Part shown: positions 27,378 through 34,757 of the stretch, in pieces | Position numbering within the stretch: position 1 is the stretch's first letter | Layout of the letters: every line of letters begins with the position of its first letter | Assembly (NCBI GenBank): GCA_963974725.1 | Contig: CAXBFC010000001.1 | Location: 471-64,470 of the forward strand | Origin: an uncultured bacterium | GTDB taxonomy: Bacteria; Planctomycetota; UBA1135; UBA2386 | DNA length: 64,000 nucleotides | Reading direction: 5' to 3' | The notes under the pieces: model-generated | Told to the model about the DNA's origin: nothing | Seen by the model: only the letters and a program-made list of their open reading frames with translations | Databases searched by the model: none | Program-made: the position numbers and the translations under genes

Positions 27378-28586
27378 CTAGTAGACGACCCCGCCAACCG
27401 GTGCGCCAATGCCGATCGCGCCCATCTCCAGCATCACCGGCTGGAACCAAATCGTTCGACCGAACAACTGCACTGCTACCGGTCCCGTGCTGGCGGTCAT
27501 AAACAAGCCGTTGACGTCGGCGGTGCCCACACTGATCACCGCTGCCGTCGACGGACTAAGCCGCAGCGGCTCGAGAGCGAACGGCACCGCCGCCGACGGC
27601 ATCAACTCGCCAGTCGCAACGACCACCAAACTGCCAGGCAAGCAACGCGTCATGATGCGATAGCCGGAACCAACCCGAGGCGCGCCAAACGACGTGTATT
27701 CGACCAAGCCATAGCTCGTCAGAATGCGCGCGGCGGCTTCGAGACCGGCAACGGGAGGCCCCGGAACCTGCCATCCTGCCTGGCCAGGCAGCACGAACCC
27801 CATGCCGCCAATCATCGTGCTGCGACAATGGCGCACGGGAGTGGTGCTCTGATTGAGCACCGCCGGCACTGGGAACGAAGACACACTGTCGCCGCCGAGA
27901 ACCGACGTGTCCGTGAGCGACACGTTGCCGCCCATGACACGCATTGCCGGCCAGCCAGTGCCAAGCAGGTAGGCGTCCGCGCCCACCACCGAGCAATCGT
28001 TGAGCTCCAATCGACCGCCGGTAACTCGAATCGCGTAGGGCGCCTGAGTGCCCATGATCATACTCGCCGCGAAGGACGAACGCGACGCGACGACGTTGCC
28101 GCCGCTGACCAAGCCGTCGTGCGAACTGAAGACCGCGCAGCCTTCGAGCACGACATCGGCGGCCCCAATCGACAAGCACTCGTCGACCTTGGCCGGATGA
28201 CCGCCATAGAACTGGCAATCGGTAAAGGTCAGGTGGCCACCAACAACTCCGACGAGGTGCGGCTGCACCGCGGACAGCGAACGAAACTGCAGTCCAACCA
28301 AGTGGCCGGGTTGACCGGGCGGTGGGTTGAACTGGGTGTACGCCCAGCAATGCGAGCAGGCGCCATTGTTGGCGATCGTCGCGCCGTTCGGCGCCAAGAT
28401 CGTCACGCCGACATTCATCGTGAACGCTGCGTAGGTGCCTGGCTGCACGAGCACCAGATCGCCGGGCTGGGCAACCGCGAGTGCTGCGTCGATGTCCGGA
28501 TAGGAGCTCGGCACGTCGAGCGTTGCCTGCGCAAGCGCACATGCCTGCAGCATGCAAAGAACGAATGGGATCAGGTGGTTCGACAT
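27378..28586 (-). CDS. secreted right-handed parallel beta-helix protein with shared C-terminal module
   Basis: ORF 27378..28793. ATG at 28586 gives MSNHLIPFVLCMLQACALAQA. YPDIDAALAVAQPGDLVLVQPGTY is typical of the N-terminus of pectate-lyase-fold proteins. Confidence 0.75.
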   Translation of the reverse strand: MSNHLIPFVLCMLQACALAQATLDVPSSYPDIDAALAVAQPGDLVLVQPGTYAAFTMNVGVTILAPNGATIANNGACSHCWAYTQFNPPPGQPGHLVGLQFRSLSAVQPHLVGVVGGHLTFTDCQFYGGHPAKVDECLSIGAADVVLEGCAVFSSHDGLVSGGNVVASRSSFAASMIMGTQAPYAIRVTGGRLELNDCSVVGADAYLLGTGWPAMRVMGGNVSLTDTSVLGGDSVSSFPVPAVLNQSTTPVRHCRSTMIGGMGFVLPGQAGWQVPGPPVAGLEAAARILTSYGLVEYTSFGAPRVGSGYRIMTRCLPGSLVVVATGELMPSAAVPFALEPLRLSPSTAAVISVGTADVNGLFMTASTGPVAVQLFGRTIWFQPVMLEMGAIGIGAPVGGVVY

Positions 28587-28705
28587 CGGAGTCTGTGAGT
28601 CGCCGCCAATCGGCGAATCGCAGGATACTCGACAGCTTCGCTCGACGGTTCGTGTATTAGAGGCGCTGATCAACAACAGGAAGTGCCGGCGGCGCTTCCA
28701 TTTGA

Positions 28706-30460
28706 TCAAATCGCCGTGCGCAGACTCGCCACAAAAGCCACGTGCCGAGCACGCAGATCCCAAACAGCATCCACGCCGGCACGACCCAGCCACGAACGCA
28801 TGCCCGCCAACACGACCCGCATCAGGATCTGCAGGTCATCACTTGGGCCAAGAACGATGAGCCAATGCAACGCAACTGCGATGGCAACCCCCATCGCGAA
28901 CCGGCCTACCAATACCCCGCCAAGCAGCTTGCGTGCCGGCAGCTGGCGAACTCGGGTTCTCGCCAACACCGCCAACGCCAACACCAAGAGCAGCGGCAAG
29001 AACAAGAGCGGCGCATCGGCAATGCGGGCGAGCGTTCCGCTGCGTTCGCTTCGGCCGTCGCTAAAGCTCGGCCCATGTCCCGAAGCCATCGTCACACCGA
29101 TGCCATCAGGCCTCGCAACGATCTGCTCCTCGAGCTCGGCGAGCGCTGTGCCAATACCGTGAATGTCCTGCAGTGCGCGCGACACCTGCTCTCTGGCAAC
29201 CGTCACCGAACAATTCTCAGGCAACTGATACGGGTGCCAGATGTAGATGCCTGGGTACGCGAAGCGCGGCTGCACAAACAACGACTCACCGCCCCGCAGT
29301 TTCACTTCGATCGGCGCATCGTCAAAGGCAATGCGCCAATGCTCACCGGGAATCACCACATCCGTCGGGGTCGCACTTGCATCCTCACTAGCTTGAATCG
29401 ACTGATGCTCCCAACTGAAGCGCGTCGAACGATCCTCGCTCAACATCCAACTCGCAGCGATCGCGACTCCCAGCAATGCAACGGCCGGCATGACAATGAT
29501 CTTGATGCCGAGGATCGGAAACAGCTTGCGACGCGGAAACGGCAAGTGCCGAACCGATCGCAAGACACTCTCATCGCCGGGGGTCGGGCGGATCGTGAGA
29601 ATGACCACCGCGCACCAACCGAGCCCAACCGTAAAGAACGGAAACCGCCCAAACAGTGGCACGAAGAACGCAATCCACATTGCAGGGGCGAATACTACTT
29701 CGAACCACCATGCCACGTTGCGCAGCGCGAGGTGGCGCCACATCGACTGCAAAGCGCTCGCCGGGACAGCCGACTTGCTGGCCGGGATGGAAGAACTGGA
29801 CGGATCAGCAGATGCGCTGTGGTCCTCTACCGGGCGAGCAGACTGCTGAAGACGCGTCGGCGCCAACTTCCACGCGACTACGGCGGCAATCGGAGAGGCG
29901 CAGGCAAGGGCAATGCCGATCGGCATGGACAGAACGGGAACGCCGATCGCGAGCAACACCGATAGCAAGGCCAGGAAGATCCGCCACCCATTGAGCCGCT
30001 CTTGGTCACCTAGGGCCATTTGGCCAACCGAGATCCCCAACACGGCACACCCGAGAGTCACGAGACCAATCGTGAGGGTCGAGGCGGGCAACGGCGAGAA
30101 CACAGAAACCAAACAGTGCGCCAGCAAGGCACCCGCAAACGCCAGAACCGGAACGCGGAAACGATTGATCAGACCTGCGCGTAGCCAGTCTTGCTCGCTA
30201 GCGGGCAGCGACCGCTCGACATCGGTGATGCGTGCTCGCCGGAATCGGTAGTCGACGAACGTCGCCGCCAAGCAGGACAACATCCCAAGCAGGCAATACA
30301 GACCCGCGAGGGCAACAGACTTGCGGGGCTGCCATTCCTTCATCGTAAAGAACGCAACGCCGTTGATCATCCCAATCAAGAAGACCATGCCCAGCAAGAA
30401 CCGAGCACGCAATTGCCACAGCAAGTGCACTCGGGCCAAGACCATGACATTGGAGTTCAT
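28706..30460 (-). CDS. polytopic membrane protein (putative permease partner of the adjacent ABC ATPase)
   Basis: 584-aa ORF with many hydrophobic segments plus a soluble C-terminal region. Starts 13 nt downstream of the ABC ATPase gene. Confidence 0.7.
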   Translation of the reverse strand: MNSNVMVLARVHLLWQLRARFLLGMVFLIGMINGVAFFTMKEWQPRKSVALAGLYCLLGMLSCLAATFVDYRFRRARITDVERSLPASEQDWLRAGLINRFRVPVLAFAGALLAHCLVSVFSPLPASTLTIGLVTLGCAVLGISVGQMALGDQERLNGWRIFLALLSVLLAIGVPVLSMPIGIALACASPIAAVVAWKLAPTRLQQSARPVEDHSASADPSSSSIPASKSAVPASALQSMWRHLALRNVAWWFEVVFAPAMWIAFFVPLFGRFPFFTVGLGWCAVVILTIRPTPGDESVLRSVRHLPFPRRKLFPILGIKIIVMPAVALLGVAIAASWMLSEDRSTRFSWEHQSIQASEDASATPTDVVIPGEHWRIAFDDAPIEVKLRGGESLFVQPRFAYPGIYIWHPYQLPENCSVTVAREQVSRALQDIHGIGTALAELEEQIVARPDGIGVTMASGHGPSFSDGRSERSGTLARIADAPLLFLPLLLVLALAVLARTRVRQLPARKLLGGVLVGRFAMGVAIAVALHWLIVLGPSDDLQILMRVVLAGMRSWLGRAGVDAVWDLRARHVAFVASLRTAI

Positions 30461-30473
30461 CGCGATGCCTCCA

Positions 30474-31352
30474 CTACTTCGATGAACAAGTCTTCAAGCG
30501 GCACCCGACGGCAGTCGACGGGAGCCCCGTTGGTGATCGGCTGCATAGCCGCCAGCACGCCTTCGCTCGAATCCCGGAGACGGCGTGCACAGCTTTTCCG
30601 TGTCGCCGCACGCTGACACACTTGTCGAGGCCGTGGAGCCGCGAGAACGCGGACTCGTCGATGTCACTGAGCATGGCGAGCACGTATTGCTCGCGCAGCG
30701 CGTCGAGGTCTTCGTCAACTTTGATGCCGCCACCGTCAATAAGCACGACGCGACTGGCGATGCGTTCGACGTCGGACATGTAGTGCGACGAGAACACGAT
30801 CGTCGAGCCCTCTTCCCCCAGCAGCTCGATCGCCGCCTCAAGGAACTCGCGCCGGGTCGCCGGGTCGAGGCCGCCGGCTGGCTCGTCCAGCAACAACAGC
30901 TCGGGCCGATGCGCAATCGCACACAGCAACGCCACCTGCCGCGCCTGACCCTTGCTCATCTCGCCGAGTCGCTGGTCTGGCTTGACCGAGAACCTCTCGC
31001 TCAGCGAACGGCAGAAATCCTCATCCCACGTCGGGAACAAGCCGCGATGCAAATCGAGGACCTGCGCCACCGTCAGGTAGGCCGGCAACACCTGGTCTTC
31101 TGCGACGTAGCCGAAGCGCCGCTTGACCTCGATGCCGTTGACGAACGGGTCGAGCCCAACAACCGAGACCTTGCCGGACTGCGGCGCCATGATGCCTGCG
31201 AGAGTGCGCAGCAACGTGGTCTTGCCGGCACCATTGCGACCGAGCAGTCCAATCACTTCACCCCGCCCCACCTGCAACGACAGATCTCGCAACACGGGAT
31301 TGCCCGGCTCGTAGGCCTGGGTGAGATTTTGGACTTCGATGACGTTGCTCAT
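30474..31352 (-). CDS. ABC transporter ATP-binding protein
   Basis: Walker A GRNGAGKTT, signature-like MSKGQARQV, Walker B LLLLDEPAGGLD. Start overlaps the GntR gene stop by 4 nt. Confidence 0.9.
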   Translation of the reverse strand: MSNVIEVQNLTQAYEPGNPVLRDLSLQVGRGEVIGLLGRNGAGKTTLLRTLAGIMAPQSGKVSVVGLDPFVNGIEVKRRFGYVAEDQVLPAYLTVAQVLDLHRGLFPTWDEDFCRSLSERFSVKPDQRLGEMSKGQARQVALLCAIAHRPELLLLDEPAGGLDPATRREFLEAAIELLGEEGSTIVFSSHYMSDVERIASRVVLIDGGGIKVDEDLDALREQYVLAMLSDIDESAFSRLHGLDKCVSVRRHGKAVHAVSGIRAKACWRLCSRSPTGLPSTAVGCRLKTCSSK

Positions 31353-31792
31353 GATTGCGACTCAGTTGCTGGGTTGTTCGGGTGGCGCTCCGCTTGGGAA
31401 GCATCACGCTCGGCATCGAGCCGCGAGGACTCCGCGCGCAGCGCAGCGATCACTGCGTCGAGCGGGACTTGGGCCGCCCACGCCTCGCCGAGCAATCGGC
31501 GCAGAACCGGGGTCAGGCGTGCGAGGCCAGCCGTCGGGTCGACGATCAAATCAGGCCGCGCACAGACGAAGGTGCCTTGGCCGCGACGGGTCTCGATGAC
31601 GCCTTCGCGATCAAGTTCGTCGTAGGCCTTCTTGACGGTCAACGGCGACACGGCGACCTGCTGGGCCAACTCGCGCTGGCTAGGCAGCTGCTCGCCAGAC
31701 CGCAAGCGCCCAGAAGCGAGCGCTTCCTGGATTTGGCGGACGATCTGCCGGTAAATCGGGACGTCATCGGCTGGTTGGATAAGGATGTGCAT
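31349..31792 (-). CDS. GntR-family transcriptional regulator (short YtrA-like subfamily)
   Basis: 147-aa ORF. PIYRQIVRQIQEALASGRLRSGEQLPSQRELAQQVAVSPLTVKKAYDELDREGVIETRRGQGTFV winged-helix motif. Confidence 0.9.
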   Translation of the reverse strand: MHILIQPADDVPIYRQIVRQIQEALASGRLRSGEQLPSQRELAQQVAVSPLTVKKAYDELDREGVIETRRGQGTFVCARPDLIVDPTAGLARLTPVLRRLLGEAWAAQVPLDAVIAALRAESSRLDAERDASQAERHPNNPATESQS

Positions 31793-31806
31793 CAGTGCCG
31801 TGGTCT

Positions 31807-31828
31807 ACTGGTGCTATACATAGCTAGT
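31807..31828. promoter_or_regulatory. imperfect palindrome ACTGGTGCTAT-AC-ATAGCTAGT, candidate GntR/YtrA operator in a divergent promoter region
   Basis: Inverted repeat read directly, 15 nt upstream of the GntR start, in the relatively AT-rich 98-bp divergent intergenic region. Confidence 0.35.
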
Positions 31829-31890
31829 TCACTGATCGACGTCAAGGTCCTGATTCTTGAGCAAGCTCCACGGCGGGTATCGTTCCAGCG

Positions 31891-32796
31891 ATGAATCCCT
31901 GCCTCTCGGTCCTGGTGGCGCTCTCGATCCCGGTCATCGCATGCACGCAAGATGGCGCAGCGATTCCAGACGCTGCGAAACCGGTGGCAGCCGAGCTGCA
32001 GGCCAAGGAAGGCGTGGTCTACAAGACCATTGGCGACGTCGACCTGCGCCTCTTCCTGTTCTTCCCCGAGAACCACCTCGCCAGCGACACGCGCCCGGCG
32101 GCGGTGTTCTACTTCGGCGGCGGCTGGAACAGCGGCACCGTGGCGCAGTTCGAACCACAGGCGCGCTACCTCGCGAGTCGCGGCATGGTCGCGGCGGTGG
32201 CCGACTACCGCGTCAAGAAGCGGCACGGCACCAGCCCGTTCGCGTGTGTCGCCGATGGCAAGAGCGCCGTTCGCTGGCTGCGCAGCAATGCCAAACGGTT
32301 GGGCATCGATCCGAAGCGCATCGCGGCCGGCGGCGGCTCGGCGGGCGGCCATGTCGCGGCGACGACTGGTGTAGTGGCGGGTCTTGAGGAGAAGGGCGAA
32401 GACCAAGCGGTCAGCTCGAGGGCGAACGCGCTACTGTTGTTCAACCCGGTCTTCGACAACGGGCCCGGCGGCTACGGCCATGCGCGCGTCAAGGATCGCT
32501 ACCGCGAGATCTCGCCGCTTCACAACATTGAGGCGGGTGCCCCACCAACGATCGTGTTCCTCGGCACCAAGGACACGTTGATCCCAGTGGCGACCGCAGA
32601 ACGCTACGCGGCGAAGATGAAGCAGGTCGGCAGTCGTTGCGACCTGCATCTCTACAAGGGCCAACCGCACGGCTTCTTCAACCCGCGCAACAAGCAGCAC
32701 TACTTCCTGACGGTGTTGGAGATGGATCGATTCCTCGAGTCGCTCGGATGGCTGCAAGGCAAGCCGACGATCGAGAAGCCAGCTGCCAAGAAGTGA
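31891..32796 (+). CDS. secreted alpha/beta hydrolase (esterase/lipase, family IV-like)
   Basis: 301-aa ORF with signal peptide. Oxyanion-type motif FYFGGGWNSG and nucleophile elbow GGSAGGH. Confidence 0.85.
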   Translation: MNPCLSVLVALSIPVIACTQDGAAIPDAAKPVAAELQAKEGVVYKTIGDVDLRLFLFFPENHLASDTRPAAVFYFGGGWNSGTVAQFEPQARYLASRGMVAAVADYRVKKRHGTSPFACVADGKSAVRWLRSNAKRLGIDPKRIAAGGGSAGGHVAATTGVVAGLEEKGEDQAVSSRANALLLFNPVFDNGPGGYGHARVKDRYREISPLHNIEAGAPPTIVFLGTKDTLIPVATAERYAAKMKQVGSRCDLHLYKGQPHGFFNPRNKQHYFLTVLEMDRFLESLGWLQGKPTIEKPAAKK

Positions 32797-32974
32797 GCTC
32801 TTGGTGAGATCTCACGCAATTAGTTTTGATTGATCCAACACAACGACCGATATCTGTGCTACTAATTGTCTCCGTGATGACGCGTCTACAAAACACCTAC
32901 AGCCAACCTTCGCCGAGCAATCGGTGCGCGCTGCGGTCGTGTGGACGAATCGAATCGCGATTCAATTCGAACGG

Positions 32975-33058
32975 GCACGGTCAACACGGCCAGCGTCAAT
33001 ACGGCCAGCGTCAATACGGCCAGCACGGTCAAGATGGCCAGCACGGTCAATACGGCAA
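32975..33058. repeat. 15-18 bp tandem repeat array (ggccagcgtcaatac / ggccagcacggtcaa), about 5 units
   Basis: Read directly. Lies in the gene-free region downstream of the esterase gene. Confidence 0.85.
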
Positions 33059-33132
33059 TGGGGAGCATCCCCCGCACTAGCCACCTGGAAACTCAGACCT
33101 TCAATGGTCATGGCCGCAACGGCCACTGCGAG

Positions 33133-33167
33133 GGCCCAGGAGCACATCCTGGGCCTTTTTCGATTTT
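33133..33167 (+). terminator. rho-independent terminator GGCCCAGGA-GCACA-TCCTGGGCC + TTTTTCGATTTT
   Basis: 9-bp GC-rich stem, 5-nt loop, and a T-run that is rare in this GC-rich sequence. Confidence 0.65.
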
Positions 33168-33429
33168 GGGCGACCGATCAACGGCGCACTCCGCGGCGTA
33201 CTCCGCGGCGCACCCCACAATGAACAACTTCACCGAACCAACCCGACACGACCATGCGTGCCAACGCACGACCGGCAGTCACCTCGCGTGCTTCGCACGT
33301 GCGACTGAGGTGGGTTTCCTACGTCAACCGAGCAATACCGAAGGCGCAATGCGCCATGGCTCGCTCGACTCGAATGACAGGAGCGCACCATCGACCTGAG
33401 CCAACTCGCATTCCCTATGCAATGAGTTG

Positions 33430-33459
33430 AGGCCCGGGTTGATACCCGGGCCTTTTTTG
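33430..33459 (+). terminator. rho-independent terminator AGGCCCGGG-TTGATA-CCCGGGCCT + TTTTTGTT
   Basis: 9-bp stem followed by a T-run (the stem's closing T plus five more T), located 90 nt upstream of tRNA-His. Confidence 0.7.
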
Positions 33460-33549
33460 TTGAACCCATCCCCAACACACACGCGGCAAGCAGCCGCGTG
33501 CGTGCCGGCAACCGATCCGTACACATCACAACATCGTCTTAACAAGCAT

Positions 33550-33623
33550 GGTGGGAGTAGCTCAGTGGTAGAGCGGAAGTCTGTGGAACTTCAGGCCCAG
33601 GTTCGATTCCTCGCCCCACCCCA
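33550..33623 (+). tRNA. tRNA-His (anticodon GTG)
   Basis: Hand fold: G-1 plus GTGGGAG acceptor, D arm GCTC-AGTGGTA-GAGC, anticodon arm GAAGT-CTGTGGA-ACTTC, T arm CCAGG-TTCGATT-CCTCG, encoded CCA. The acceptor stem needs one bulged A and the T stem has a C-C mismatch. Confidence 0.75.
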
Positions 33624-33701
33624 ATTCGCCACATCCCGATTCGCCACACCCATGCGAACCATCAACCCGAGAGGAGGTGATCCACCACTACATGCACATT
33701 A

Positions 33702-33775
33702 ACTGGCGTCGTTCAACAGCAGGACACCCGGCTCTGAACCGGACAATGCAGGTGCGAATCCTGCCGCCAGTACCA
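33702..33775 (+). tRNA. tRNA-Gln (anticodon CTG), non-canonical T loop TGCGAAT
   Basis: Hand fold: acceptor ACTGGCG/CGCCAGT, D arm GTTC-AACAGCA-GGAC, anticodon arm CCCGG-CTCTGAA-CCGGA, variable CAAT, T arm GCAGG-TGCGAAT-CCTGC, discriminator A, CCA. Confidence 0.8.
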
Positions 33776-33776
33776 C

Positions 33777-33851
33777 GTCCCCGTAGCTCAGTAGCAGAGC
33801 ACCTGGCTGTTAACCAGGGTGTCGTAGGTGCGAGTCCTACCGGGGACGCCA
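33777..33851 (+). tRNA. tRNA-Asn (anticodon GTT), non-canonical T loop TGCGAGT
   Basis: Hand fold: acceptor GTCCCCG/CGGGGAC, D arm GCTC-AGTAGCA-GAGC, anticodon arm CCTGG-CTGTTAA-CCAGG, T arm GTAGG-TGCGAGT-CCTAC, discriminator G, CCA. Starts 1 nt after the CCA of tRNA-Gln. Confidence 0.85.
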
Positions 33852-33887
33852 TATCTCGACGCGCAAGCCTCGTCGGGACTGCCATTC

Positions 33888-33964
33888 ATCGATGTAGCTC
33901 AGCAGACGAGAGCGCTTCCGTGCGAAGGAAGAGGTCGCAGGTGCGAATCCTGCCATCGATACCA
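33888..33964 (+). tRNA. tRNA-Arg (anticodon GCG), non-canonical T loop TGCGAAT
   Basis: Hand fold: acceptor ATCGATG/CATCGAT, D arm GCTC-AGCAGACGA-GAGC, anticodon arm CTTCC-GTGCGAA-GGAAG, T arm GCAGG-TGCGAAT-CCTGC, discriminator A, CCA. Confidence 0.8.
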
Positions 33965-33995
33965 AACGTAGCCACCCTCCAAACGTAGCCACCCT
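33962..33995. repeat. perfect 17-bp tandem duplication CCAAACGTAGCCACCCT x2 starting at the CCA end of tRNA-Arg
   Basis: 33962..33978 and 33979..33995 are identical. Confidence 0.9.
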
Positions 33996-34015
33996 GACGT
34001 CACGCCCCTCCACCC

Positions 34016-34071
34016 CACGTCACGAAGCCCACGTCACGAAGCCCCAGTCACGAAACCCACGTCACGACCCC
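34016..34071. repeat. 14-bp tandem array x4 (CACGTCACGAAGCC-like), plus a fifth ACGTCACG at 33997, upstream of the HNH gene
   Basis: Units at 34016, 34030, 34044, 34058. The array ends 50 nt upstream of the ATG at 34122. Confidence 0.85.
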
Positions 34072-34121
34072 GCGTAACAAGATCCCGCCATCCAAACGAT
34101 GCCGCCAGCCACGAGCCCACC

Positions 34122-34721
34122 ATGACCTCCTCAATACTGTCGCAGCCGACCCTGGTCCTCAACCGATCATGGATCGCGATCGACACCACTTCCGTTCTCG
34201 ATGCCCTGCGGCTGCTCTTCAAGGGCACCGCGGTTGCGGTTCGCCCCGACAACTACGAGATGCACGGCTTCGAGTCGTGGTCCGACCTCGCAGTCGAGCC
34301 CGATGAGCCGCACATCCGCACGCCGCGGCTGCGCATTCGAGTACCGGAAGTGATCGCATTGACCGGCTACGACAAGGTTCCAAAGCGCTCGGTGTCCTTT
34401 ACGCGACGTAACCTGTTCGCCCGCGATGAACGCACGTGCCAGTATTGCGGCTGCCGGCCCGGAACCTCCGAGTTGACGATCGACCACGTGCTACCCCGTT
34501 CTCGCAACGGCAAGAGCACGTGGCACAACTGCGTGCTCGCGTGCGTGCCGTGCAACCGCCGCAAGGCCGACCGCACTCCGGCCGAAGCTTGCATGCAGTT
34601 GCGCTGCGAACCGAAGGCACCCAAGTGGTTGCCGACGCTCGATGTGCCGATTGCTCGGATTCGCCAGTCGTGGCAGAAGTTCGTCAGCGACAAGTACTGG
34701 GACTCGCGGCTGCAGCCGTGA
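34122..34721 (+). CDS. HNH endonuclease family protein
   Basis: 199-aa ORF. CQYCGCRPGTSELTIDHVLPRSRNGKSTWHNCVLACVPCNRRK (Cys4 zinc + HNH motif). Confidence 0.85.
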   Translation: MTSSILSQPTLVLNRSWIAIDTTSVLDALRLLFKGTAVAVRPDNYEMHGFESWSDLAVEPDEPHIRTPRLRIRVPEVIALTGYDKVPKRSVSFTRRNLFARDERTCQYCGCRPGTSELTIDHVLPRSRNGKSTWHNCVLACVPCNRRKADRTPAEACMQLRCEPKAPKWLPTLDVPIARIRQSWQKFVSDKYWDSRLQP

Positions 34722-34757
34722 AGGCGCGCAGCCAGGATGCCTCCGGCTGCGTGCGCC

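Noticed and set aside
31792-32406. 204-aa ORF on the minus strand upstream of the GntR gene.
   Set aside because: It lies entirely antisense to the well-supported alpha/beta hydrolase gene (31891..32796) and has shadow-ORF composition.
32975-33058. Possible CRISPR arrays, suggested by the many short direct repeats (6671, 11523, 16734, 32975, 34016, 40148, 51629, 56161).
   Set aside because: The units are 13-18 bp and directly abutting, with no unique spacers, and no cas genes are in the window. These are minisatellites, not CRISPR.
33669-33690. Fragment of a 16S rRNA gene, suggested by the AGGAGGTGATCCA match.
   Set aside because: The similarity is limited to 13 nt, is in the complementary sense, and the flanking sequence shows no rRNA-like continuation. 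No rRNA gene is present in the window.
33677-33988. 103-aa ORF (and antisense 33688..33885) spanning the tRNA-Gln/Asn/Arg genes.
   Set aside because: The peptide (…MQVRILPP…GASPTG…SQVRILPS…) is the typical translation of tRNA T-arms. The three cloverleaves with CCA ends explain the sequence better. Only the SD-like motif upstream is kept, as a separate curiosity.
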